Below, piece after piece: positions 19,901-26,333 of a stretch of DNA of 64,000 nucleotides. The notes under the pieces are model-generated. The model searched no databases and was not told the origin of the DNA. It saw nothing but the letters and a program-made list of their open reading frames with translations. The translations under genes and the position numbers were made by a program. How positions within the stretch are numbered: the first letter of the stretch is position 1; each line of letters opens with the position of its first letter. This stretch comes from a virus, in the IMG/VR virus record IMGVR_UViG_3300045988_112808; one strand, given 5' to 3'.

Positions 19901-20327
19901 CGTATCCATGCTTCTTGCCGGATGGCGTGATGATGATGAAAACGAAGAAAGTTGGCTTACTCAATTTGGATCCTATGTCGGATTCAGAACCATAAACGAA
20001 ATAGCTTCACAGATGCCGTTTATTATGGAGCTTAACGTTGTAGATATCATTAACGACCCGTTTGTCATGGGGCGGAAGTTGAAGGATCTTACTGATCTTA
20101 GGAATTACTCACTTGATAAAGTAACATCCGGCACATACAAAGGAGAGTTTAAGTTATTTAGGCAACTCGCCAAACAGACGTTTATCAAACAATGGTATAA
20201 TATCAAGACGCCGGAAGACGTAGCGCGCGCCTATAATTGGTGGCAGCAGACAAACAACAAGTCAATGATGTTCTTCATCGGCGCTACTCCTGATTCGGAA
20301 GGAGACGATGACGTTAGTTACAAATAG
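13914..20327 (+). CDS. giant virion-associated/ejected-type protein (2137 aa), function unassigned
   Basis: Uninterrupted 6.4-kb ORF with its own promoter box and terminator. Its N-terminal module is shared with ORF 6673. Hydrophobic segments near the C-terminus (MNLALSPFVAATGALTGHINLI; YAGTFLIMQAVSMLLAGW) suggest membrane insertion. No DxDxD RNAP motif seen. Confidence 0.85.
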   Translation: MTSACIIKRDNKKKVVSVSTISGDRSMLFDKIASIPLMENRERATTVFKTVFSNKFLKAFGDWRKRVPINKPAYNKVKSNIDLIPEAYRERVLDKASKMSNPVLVSKSDVPYEIQESGFGFYSQNLGDNIMLVDAMVPSSISVPEGPGIDAGQYLQDAISSDFTPVSMVQDKGVNYMVIKDGLKIFSPEELPETDSNPVGVTYQTGEPRLFFMNDRSQLFEDYGEALRSGGNDIRIGFLSGTVQESTVDGVEDITYKAGKYVLNNPKSFIPVMTASASTSLSTKGGIINYLIKKGLLSGSKIFDPETRSYYLTGEGHTGQIRLFNSALSYTELRNHFGSDVSMNDQGMITISSLDNSKVTMRLATGGTERVSKEQIKNDLKSGRYNELDAKYDHFDALVVSFILEDNDLYADTKAKIVSDYSRQERDQRNSIVEILKTLGVSVIGMTDYIEKYQTKYGHEPSAKALADIANNVIAVGEDATLSDLVEETAHFLVEAYRDQNAVEAVLQDVEGTEEWNQYAGQYYNTYGKVYEGAELDNAVRREILGKILAMEMQTGTAQAPVEPTSFLGRVRQLLSGIVSWLKSALSTQRQDLNNVIKNIRDLAITDIDKGFDTSLLKDNDFTLYSLSSMNKNKFLESKIRSLRKTLRDLRQISSDRAVTTSMTLAQLKTIEDKINKVETEIDKNEMAAAMNSMISTAEAQVRYLSNVVNTILHGDTKDGKLHFNTNDRKNVDIINNQVLPIMNDLRGYIRNRSTEFDEREKQDYTNRINTVIADINGIQSDIKSVQDLDESTLLDKLMNELHVPADKVKRVKEFFDKVQHDVSWISRWFGILEHSSSPFNNALGAMIAKDNYNAMVNAQPAISDFLAYAKKHGFNKSEFEKLLQKVDGKTSNYLRSALDMAKYDRNKKLAQMRAFATAMNIEISEEEIGDVVDNNRNYVFKREVVDKDGNTVTENAKFKPSSDRVNTDIFTIEQEKIYTEQMEKWDAENSELEFSESYATRMESIYKKAEEELGHPVSQTTKEYLNALSRQKRILRQPFIDSGGNFDEVAYYKSSNYEEEGLLRKQRKEAASEYIYVGTRRVEKTGDQLKMAKEIQAINEVWRKESNNATNAVSESFLQKLRTIQSESGGEAALKTLMLGGHLSFNDRFWNDVESEQSARTESNNKASYLKMAHDIISSTTSDRDATDVDSIVKDIEKNKAIIKEIIGNNRDVADIGEINEATFTSSERDAFRAASEAIEADYAILIDYAKMVGLEDIDKYLTKSSKAENEVNQSYLSALADSKEIEWQFAQRHTTAKKAKRIQALRDKLFMAQDNRYMFTVSETNYLSEKLGIDKKLDRRDFRNAVRAKMSDIFGHDNGVAEVNDIVNEFARSQVFSYYKRMAPTGYAAMIDKIGRGEIDVAQMVKDVQNGTSTQDYGMDISYLSFDPARAWVAESEAENSGRNPDYVKDHGYGHRMPKKSLYRDESYFNDFGIKYDADGNEVATKNIEQWNMIQKLKEIKRQSLDLYKEQSPNLYAIPQISKQDIERIEGLGISLKSTVRNFVSDLCLDRVDDSLYGKTRQGEVYDPEDRVRSIPKYYIYELENQDDVSHDFGYSYSMLMMQSSLYNEKQKSIELAQGLEQMLLNKQFEGGKKAEATQAYQMFRDFFNDHYYGIRMNTKKLTVNIGGYTVDLTRIMMAVERFMSVMNLALSPFVAATGALTGHINLIMESAVGQYISKDSLKYASAEFSRLAPSCIAETGDIDRKSKLYVIGERMGIFNIRNRMYGAGYNRAARTLMRSPMYAFMEILNYPLDPQVMIATMDNVRYYKGRFYTFQDFKMEKERNKEQSTIKREWNALKDRTLWSMVDVVDGKVVVKPGSGVTVEEVETQMAITRNQVRSLSQICNGSLNEENRTAASRNWIARFMTAHRGWLVLAAQRLWKRRGFNFQTMQEEEGLSITLKNMIAKTFSLASESGMKNIIDAWNENKDNMNEVEKTNIKRLSVYAGTFLIMQAVSMLLAGWRDDDENEESWLTQFGSYVGFRTINEIASQMPFIMELNVVDIINDPFVMGRKLKDLTDLRNYSLDKVTSGTYKGEFKLFRQLAKQTFIKQWYNIKTPEDVARAYNWWQQTNNKSMMFFIGATPDSEGDDDVSYK

Positions 20328-20464
20328 ACGAAGAATATCGGACTTGCATTGTTTTTGTATGATTCCAATATGTTATATTAGCATCGTCAAAGAGTAGATT
20401 GTACGTTTTTTTGTTCTTACTTGAAAGATTATGTAGGTTTAATTTTTTCTGAAATTGTTTTCTT

Positions 20465-20505
20465 ACCGGTTCTCAGTCAGAGATGATAGAGAACCGGTTT
20501 CTTTT
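20465..20505 (+). terminator. rho-independent terminator
   Basis: Perfect 10-bp stem ACCGGTTCTC (20465-20474) / GAGAACCGGT (20489-20498) followed by TTCTTTT. Confidence 0.7.
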
Positions 20506-20541
20506 ATGTTGTCAATTATTGCTATCTTGCAAACAAAAATC

Positions 20542-21159
20542 ATGAGACGAAGATTTCAAATAGGGATGGGGGTAAATCCCTCGCTTATAATCAATAAAGG
20601 CATATACATCCAACATGTAGATGGAGGATTATATACAAAAGAAAATTGGTCTAATAAAGGATATTCCAATGATCTATGCAATGGAATAGCTCTTGTAGAT
20701 AAAGTGTGTTTTGTTATAGCCACCGAATATATTGGCACATTTCGTTGGGGTAAGGATGGAAGAGTAGATAATGTATTTGCACAAAATAGTTCTTATATGG
20801 AGACCGTTAAAAAGGATTATTGGGGGCGTGAAAATCAGAATGCGTATCTTGAATATGATACCAGTAATGAAAATTACGCTTTTAATAAAGCTAATAGCTA
20901 TTTATTTAAAAATGGTCAAAATGGATATGTAGGTGGCGCCGGAGAGTTTTTTTTGATATCATTGTATGCGAATGAAATAAACGAATGCTTTTTAATGGTA
21001 GGAGGTACGATAATGAGTAATAAAATGTGGACATCCACTCAATCTACACAATTTACCTATTCGTGGTATTATGATATAAACATCCAAGGGGATCATTTGG
21101 ATACAAGTACAAGGAGTAATCCACGTTATGTCCGCCCCTTTACTGAATTAATTTTATGA
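20542..21159 (+). CDS. MRRRF-motif protein with a DUF1566-like C-terminal domain (205 aa from the ATG at 20542)
   Basis: The ORF-track TTG start at 20455 runs through the terminator, so ATG 20542 (MRRRFQIGMG) is preferred. The C-terminus ...GAGEFFLISLYANEINECF...MWTSTQS...SWYY...RYVRPF resembles the DUF1566 / Lcl C-terminal pattern. Confidence 0.7.
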   Translation: MRRRFQIGMGVNPSLIINKGIYIQHVDGGLYTKENWSNKGYSNDLCNGIALVDKVCFVIATEYIGTFRWGKDGRVDNVFAQNSSYMETVKKDYWGRENQNAYLEYDTSNENYAFNKANSYLFKNGQNGYVGGAGEFFLISLYANEINECFLMVGGTIMSNKMWTSTQSTQFTYSWYYDINIQGDHLDTSTRSNPRYVRPFTELIL

Positions 21160-21163
21160 AATT

Positions 21164-21901
21164 ATGAGAAGAAGATTTGAAAATAATGCTAAACTATATG
21201 AGTATAAGATAGTTAGCGATTGTATAGGGGGGGAGGTAATCGTAGAAGGAAAGAAAGTAGGCACCATTCCACAGGGCGGGCAATTTATCTTTCTGTCTAA
21301 AAAAGAACGGCTGGATTCCATAAGTGTCCAAGGCGGTGTTCCAATGGAAGATAGGCAAGAGATCGATAATAGGGTTGATACGACAGAGGAATTGCTTGAA
21401 CAGGATTCGGTGGTTCTTGCTGTTGCTTTAACAACCTCTCCTTATTATGGATTTAGAGTAAGTGTGATAGCACCTGATGAGTTTACGCTAAGAACAACCA
21501 ATAGGATTAATAGAACCTTTTTAATAACAAGCTTTACTCCACCTGCTGCTATATACGGTGTAAACTTTAGTGATCCTATTGTCCTTAATTATGATAGTTA
21601 CCAATATAAGATGCCAGATCTTGTAATTGATGGACCTCATGATAGAATAGTTAGGGCAGATCCTAATTTTACTTGGACTACAAGATGTACAGATGCCGAC
21701 TTTACACCTTTGCCATATCCAGAATCATGGTCTGGCCAAGGTTTAAATTCTATGTTCTTATCAGAAATGAAACGTCTTACTCCTGGTGATCATCATGTAT
21801 CATATACAGCTTATATTAAATTGGACTTGATAGATGATGGCGGAAGTAAAGTTCATACTGAATATCTGGTATTAGAAAAAACACTTAATTTTACGATATG
21901 A
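21164..21901 (+). CDS. MRRRF-motif protein (245 aa)
   Basis: Starts MRRRFENNAKL, 4 nt after the previous stop. It is the last plus-strand gene before the convergent hairpin. Confidence 0.75.
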   Translation: MRRRFENNAKLYEYKIVSDCIGGEVIVEGKKVGTIPQGGQFIFLSKKERLDSISVQGGVPMEDRQEIDNRVDTTEELLEQDSVVLAVALTTSPYYGFRVSVIAPDEFTLRTTNRINRTFLITSFTPPAAIYGVNFSDPIVLNYDSYQYKMPDLVIDGPHDRIVRADPNFTWTTRCTDADFTPLPYPESWSGQGLNSMFLSEMKRLTPGDHHVSYTAYIKLDLIDDGGSKVHTEYLVLEKTLNFTI

Positions 21902-21947
21902 CAACAATCCCCAACCGTACGCCTATTGTATGGTTGGGGATTGTTGT
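21901..21947. terminator. bidirectional terminator hairpin at the convergence of the two transcription blocks
   Basis: Perfect 16-bp inverted repeat ACAACAATCCCCAACC (21901-21916) / GGTTGGGGATTGTTGT (21932-21947), 15-nt loop, between stops at 21901 (+) and 21991 (-). Confidence 0.75.
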
Positions 21948-21990
21948 AGTTACCATCTTTTCTTGTATAAGCAGAACATGAAATAAGTTT

Positions 21991-22479
21991 CTAAGCATTA
22001 ACTTCATGACCTCCCCTATCCGTGAAAACTAAACCAATACCTTCTATGATATGTCCTACTACAGGAGCTTTGTCAAATTCCTCCTTCGTAGCCCAAGTAG
22101 CATTATCAGGCATCAGATCCTTGAATGCGTCCGAAACATCACCTTGACACCAGCAGTTATTTGATGTAACAATGCCTTTCCCTTCGATATTGATATACAT
22201 TTTTCTTCCACCACATCCAAGGCTGTTCCATCCGCTCGGTACGTTTTCCACCATAGGCTTAAGCACCCAGCTTACACCGTCTATCCTAACCCATCCCGGA
22301 TCGTCTTTGTGCTTGTCGTACAAGTTTTGCCAAAAAGAGCATTCGTAGCACCATCCCTTGTCTTCCATGATAGTTCTTATCTCACACCTTTCAAATCCAT
22401 CTGCATCCAACGTGTGCGGAGAATGAGGCTGGTGAGGGGTGCCACATTTTGGACATACGAGTTTTAAATTATCTTTCAT
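21991..22479 (-). CDS. hypothetical Cys/Trp-rich protein (162 aa)
   Basis: ORF-track ORF. N-terminal CPKC zinc-ribbon-like motif. Last gene of the minus-strand block. Confidence 0.7.
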   Translation of the reverse strand: MKDNLKLVCPKCGTPHQPHSPHTLDADGFERCEIRTIMEDKGWCYECSFWQNLYDKHKDDPGWVRIDGVSWVLKPMVENVPSGWNSLGCGGRKMYINIEGKGIVTSNNCWCQGDVSDAFKDLMPDNATWATKEEFDKAPVVGHIIEGIGLVFTDRGGHEVNA

Positions 22480-22683
22480 ATTGCTTTACTTTTACGATTT
22501 TAATAGAATCACCAATATTGTATTCTCCTTGGTATCCAACGAATTTTATAATTCTATTATTTTTAAATATTGAAACTCTTTCGTCTTCACCATAATATAT
22601 CACACGTCCACCATCTAAAGGAAGTAGATCATATATAACCCATCCTTCATTAACCTGATCATCAATAAAATAAAATACCTCAT
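22469..22683 (-). pseudogene. small gene with an apparent 1-nt frame break near its start
   Basis: ATG 22683 opens a 22-codon frame. The -1 frame carries a 66-codon protein-like ORF with no start (..DDQVNEGWVIYDLLPLDGGRVIYYGEDERV..) that ends in an overlap with the ATG of the next gene. The frames meet at two T4 runs. Confidence 0.4.
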
Positions 22684-22690
22684 ATTATTT

Positions 22691-22882
22691 TCAACATAAA
22701 AATTTGTAACCTGGTTTTACTGCCTCTGCTTCTTCTTTTGTATCAAACATTAAGGTAGTGACAGCTCCTATGCCTTCACAAACGTAAGATACTTTTACCC
22801 ACCACCTGAAAATTCCCGATCCGTAATCATCATAATACGGCTCGGAAAGGACCTCTTCTACGTACCCATCTAAGTAATTCAT
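22691..22882 (-). CDS. hypothetical protein (63 aa)
   Basis: ATGA overlap with the upstream stop; AAGGAGG lies 7 nt upstream of the ATG. Confidence 0.6.
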   Translation of the reverse strand: MNYLDGYVEEVLSEPYYDDYGSGIFRWWVKVSYVCEGIGAVTTLMFDTKEEAEAVKPGYKFLC

Positions 22883-23616
22883 GATCGCTCCTCCTTATTT
22901 TCAGATTCTGCCTCTTCGAGTATGCTGATCACCTTATCAACAATATCCGAATCAGACATTTTCTCAATAAAAACATCCATTGCCTTAGTTATGTCATTGG
23001 CTTCTTTTTCTTCAAGAGCAATCTCTCCACCGGTAATAGCATCAGATAATGATGTAGATAAGTGTCTTATCTTATCAATGCTCATAAACGTAAATGGATT
23101 ACCACCCCAGCCTCCACCCATTTCTTTCATAATCTGATATCCACCTGAAATAAGTCTGCCTGATGTCGTGGCCAAGGAGGATACGATTAGGGACAGCACC
23201 GCCACCTCCGTCCGCTCCTCCGACACGCCCTTCGACCACACGGCTGCCCTTATAGCGCCGGCCAGGTCGTCTATGTATGGCATGAGGCAATCTTCCATCG
23301 CTTGTGTTATATCAGCTATAACCTCACTACGCTCTTTATTTATGTAGTAGATAGAAGCATTGTACCTCTTTATCTCTTTGTCCATGTCATTTAAAAGACG
23401 CTTGATATTGTGCTTATACATAGGACTGGTTTTAATTACTTCCTTTAGCTTAAGAATGTAATTATAAGCCTGGTCGTTTACAAACAACGTCATGGTCTCA
23501 ACCGTTGAATGAAGCGTGTTAAGACTGTTAAGAATCTTATCGAAATTGTTTATCAAATAAGCTCTTATGGCTTTTGCTGCGTAGTTAATGTTATTAAAAT
23601 TATTCATTTTATTCAT
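22879..23616 (-). CDS. hypothetical protein (245 aa from the ATG at 23616)
   Basis: The ORF-track start is TTG 23625; the first ATG is at 23616. Contains a GC3-rich island at about 23165-23270. Lies immediately downstream of tnpB. Confidence 0.7.
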   Translation of the reverse strand: MNKMNNFNNINYAAKAIRAYLINNFDKILNSLNTLHSTVETMTLFVNDQAYNYILKLKEVIKTSPMYKHNIKRLLNDMDKEIKRYNASIYYINKERSEVIADITQAMEDCLMPYIDDLAGAIRAAVWSKGVSEERTEVAVLSLIVSSLATTSGRLISGGYQIMKEMGGGWGGNPFTFMSIDKIRHLSTSLSDAITGGEIALEEKEANDITKAMDVFIEKMSDSDIVDKVISILEEAESENKEERS

Positions 23617-23632
23617 TAGATTCAACCTTATA

Positions 23633-24820
23633 TCACAAAATATTTATTCTAACCGGATTAAACACAAATCCACTATCGATTATCTTTCCAATGAAAGAAT
23701 CACCGATTACTTTTCTTGCTATTCCAATTGCTCCATTAATATCTGCATTGATCAGCTTCCCAATAGAACTTTGAAACAATCCGCGTTTCTTCCTTCTACC
23801 TAAGTAGGATTCTTGTTTCTTTAGAGGTTCAAAAGCAAGATGGTCAATCTTTGATGTGTAAGATTCCTCATGAGTAATTACCTCTATCCCTAAAAGATTT
23901 GCTTTGTAAACAATCTTATCAATCAATTTAGAATGAGGAATAGAAACAAAATGTTGGTTATTCCTTTTACCGATATTTATCTCGTTTTTCCATTCTTTGT
24001 TTAATCCAATGATGATTGTTCCTATATTGTTAGATTTACAAAAGTCTACAATGTATCTACTGATTTTATGCAATTTGTCTTCTATCCAACAATTTCTAAA
24101 CAAAGTAATTTTTCTTATTCTATTTGAAGTTCCCTTATTACCAACAAAAGACATCAACTTAGCTTTCTTCTTATTGTACCACTGATTTACTGATTTCATA
24201 ACCCGTCCGTTTATAATGAAAGAATTAACTACATTACTAATACATGAACATAAATTATTCAATCCTAAATCAATCGAAAGAAAATTGTCTTTGTTTAAAC
24301 CAAGATCAGTTTCCTTTCTTTCATAAACTACCTCTACTACATAACATGTAGCTTGAGGGATTATTCTAACTTGTTTTAGTTTGTCTTTCTTTACATTTGT
24401 TTTGATAGGTTTGATTATATCTTTAACAAAATAAATACAATTATCACCCTTTACCCTACAATTGCAGTTGGTGAAAACAACCATGTTTTGTTTCTTACCT
24501 TGTTTGTATGATGGAAGGTGAGGTCTATGATTTCCGTATTTAGAAGGATTCTTTTCAAAATCCTTCTTGAGTTTTATCCAGGATTTTATGTTTTTAAATA
24601 CCTGTTTAATCACCTGTTGGGATACATGATTAGGTAAATTCCTGAAATCGAATTGGTTTTCTTTGCAAAGTTTGTTTGATAAATCAAATTCCTTTAAATA
24701 GTTACCTGAAAAGATTCCTTGACGAATGTTGTAAAGAACATAATTATATAACAAGCCGGATTTGAAGCAAATATCCTCAAACCGGTTGTCTTTAACTATA
24801 TGCCTTTCAACTAATCTCAT
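23633..24820 (-). CDS. tnpB: TnpB-like RNA-guided endonuclease (IS200/IS605 OrfB family), zinc-finger-less subtype
   Basis: 395 aa. RuvC-like triad: D in LSIDLGLNN, E in HEESYTSK, D in INADINGAIGIARK. Cys-free linker SKIDHLAFEP..YLGRRKKRGLFQS between RuvC-II and RuvC-III. N-terminal half is typical of OrfB. Confidence 0.85.
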   Translation of the reverse strand: MRLVERHIVKDNRFEDICFKSGLLYNYVLYNIRQGIFSGNYLKEFDLSNKLCKENQFDFRNLPNHVSQQVIKQVFKNIKSWIKLKKDFEKNPSKYGNHRPHLPSYKQGKKQNMVVFTNCNCRVKGDNCIYFVKDIIKPIKTNVKKDKLKQVRIIPQATCYVVEVVYERKETDLGLNKDNFLSIDLGLNNLCSCISNVVNSFIINGRVMKSVNQWYNKKKAKLMSFVGNKGTSNRIRKITLFRNCWIEDKLHKISRYIVDFCKSNNIGTIIIGLNKEWKNEINIGKRNNQHFVSIPHSKLIDKIVYKANLLGIEVITHEESYTSKIDHLAFEPLKKQESYLGRRKKRGLFQSSIGKLINADINGAIGIARKVIGDSFIGKIIDSGFVFNPVRINIL

Positions 24821-24837
24821 TTGAATGATTTATATCG

Positions 24838-24869
24838 TAAATGTAATCGTTATTTGTAAAATAATCAAA
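24838..24869 (-). promoter_or_regulatory. near-consensus Bacteroidota-type promoter upstream of tnpB (TTTG-N20-TAcaTTTA)
   Basis: The minus strand reads TTTG (24869-24866), then 20 nt, then TACATTTA (24845-24838). ATG at 24820. Confidence 0.4.
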
Positions 24870-24873
24870 TTAT

Positions 24874-25416
24874 TCAATCATCGCATTCAAATTTTAGATT
24901 TTCAAGTTCGTGTATTTGTAACTTAAGAGACTTAATTAAATTCGTTCTCTGTTCCTCTGCATGTTTTAAAGCCTCTTCCTTGCTTTCAAAAGCACAATCC
25001 CCTATCTGATAAGGGGTGTAACGACCAGGAGTGTCGGCTAATAAAAGACCACCACAATCTTCTATTCTGGCTTTTACCTTTCTTATTTTCCCATCTTTTA
25101 GACACATGTCTGTAACCCATACGAATTTACCATATAATTTATCATACTCTTCTAATCTCTCTTCTTGCAATTCATACCATTTCGGCTTAGGAAATCTTAA
25201 TGTGAATTTAACCTCAGTATCTTTTTCTAAGACATTAATATCGTATGCTTCCGGCCACAGCTCTTTTATGCTGTCTTCGTCTTCGGCATACGCTACAAGT
25301 ATGAATGAATCATCGGATTCACCACTACACCAATATGGATATTTTATAGGCCATTTGACTGGACGGTAGTCGTTACCGCAGTCGGATTTTTTAATGTAAA
25401 ATCTTGCTCTAATCAT
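24874..25416 (-). CDS. hypothetical protein (180 aa)
   Basis: ORF-track ORF; 7-nt gap to the upstream gene. Confidence 0.7.
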   Translation of the reverse strand: MIRARFYIKKSDCGNDYRPVKWPIKYPYWCSGESDDSFILVAYAEDEDSIKELWPEAYDINVLEKDTEVKFTLRFPKPKWYELQEERLEEYDKLYGKFVWVTDMCLKDGKIRKVKARIEDCGGLLLADTPGRYTPYQIGDCAFESKEEALKHAEEQRTNLIKSLKLQIHELENLKFECDD

Positions 25417-25423
25417 ATCGTTA

Positions 25424-25735
25424 TTAATCTAATAATTTTTCTATTTTAATTGATTTTGATGATAGATACATATTCCACGTTCCTCTGCCTCTATCACCTT
25501 TTTCGTTTTGTTTTTGGATTGTCAAGTACAGATCTCCGTCTTCACATACTTCAACTTTTTTCAAGAAGCCTATCATTTCATCTCCTGCTTCGTGTAAAAT
25601 ACGGATCTTATCTCCTTCTTTTAACCCATAATTGGAATCAAAATATTCTTTTTTGATTCTATCAATATTGTCTTTATGGTTTTTTATAGCATAAAGCTCT
25701 TTTCTTAATAAATAATTTAGTTGTTCTATTGTCAT
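25424..25735 (-). CDS. hypothetical protein (103 aa)
   Basis: ATGA-type overlap with the upstream gene (25732-25735). Confidence 0.65.
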   Translation of the reverse strand: MTIEQLNYLLRKELYAIKNHKDNIDRIKKEYFDSNYGLKEGDKIRILHEAGDEMIGFLKKVEVCEDGDLYLTIQKQNEKGDRGRGTWNMYLSSKSIKIEKLLD

Positions 25736-26289
25736 TTCTTTTCCTCCTTATTTAATGGCATTAACCCTTTTCCGTGCTTGTCATACCACAGCATAGCTAT
25801 GCAGTTCCATGCACATTGTGCAAGATGAAAACATCCTGTATCGGAATCCACTCTTTCCCCTTTCATGTATTCCATTAGGTGTCGAAACATCGCAGCACGG
25901 TACCGTTCAATGCCATTGTCAAGATTCTGCCAAGTATTAGGACCGTACTTTTTGGCTCCGGCATGATAGACTTTTACAATGTCCTCAATTTCTTCCATCG
26001 GAAGCAAATCCCATCGTAGTTTATCGTCAATGATGTCATTTTTCACCGATTTGTTTTCTCTGGATACTTTGACAGGAATAATACCCATAATGTCCGTTCC
26101 TACGATAAACGTCTCTCCATTGCAACAAACCTCCGCATATTCATCATCTACCTCTATGTCTGATACTGCCTCCACTATAGCTCCTCTGGCTATTTCTAAT
26201 TCGGAACTGATTACATCACTTTCCAACATGCGAAAAATAGATCCTTTTGGATAAAGGATGTTTTTAGTATTATTGTCCATCTTTTCCAT
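25732..26289 (-). CDS. protein with a MazG-like / DUF5664-type (dATP/dGTP pyrophosphohydrolase N-terminal-like) domain
   Basis: The C-terminal half LRWDLLP...IVKVYHAGAKKYGPNTWQNL..GIERYRAAMFRHL...DSDTGCFHLAQCAWNCIAM fits the K-Y-G..N-W / R-H / D..G..H-L-A pattern recalled for that family. Confidence 0.45.
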   Translation of the reverse strand: MEKMDNNTKNILYPKGSIFRMLESDVISSELEIARGAIVEAVSDIEVDDEYAEVCCNGETFIVGTDIMGIIPVKVSRENKSVKNDIIDDKLRWDLLPMEEIEDIVKVYHAGAKKYGPNTWQNLDNGIERYRAAMFRHLMEYMKGERVDSDTGCFHLAQCAWNCIAMLWYDKHGKGLMPLNKEEKK

Positions 26290-26333
26290 TGTTTTATCGT
26301 TGTTTTAATCGCTTGATATAATAATATAATCCA

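Larger units (their letters stand above)
23626..24873 (-). mobile_element. maximum extent of a solo-tnpB IS200/IS605-type element (no tnpA); ends not defined
   Basis: The interval is bounded by the stop of ORF 24874-25416 and the start region of ORF 22879-23616. Only 53 nt lie upstream of tnpB and 8-17 nt downstream. Confidence 0.45.

Noticed and set aside
143-19964. About 25 short ORFs (60-131 aa) on the minus strand or in alternative plus-strand frames inside the large plus-strand genes (for example 3339-3698, 4871-5266, 15482-15814, 18875-19231)
   Set aside because: All are nested inside long uninterrupted ORFs and several coincide with GC-rich islands that suppress stop codons. None shows a motif or an expression signal.
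12-20327. Assigning either giant ORF as the crAss-type virion RNA polymerase
   Set aside because: No DxDxD catalytic motif or recognisable double-psi beta-barrel signature was seen by eye. The assignment would rest on size alone.
24864-24868. TTGAT (the ISDra2-type TAM) upstream of tnpB as evidence for the left end of the element
   Set aside because: A 5-mer is expected by chance in AT-rich DNA. Without an empty site or LE/RE hairpins it carries no weight.
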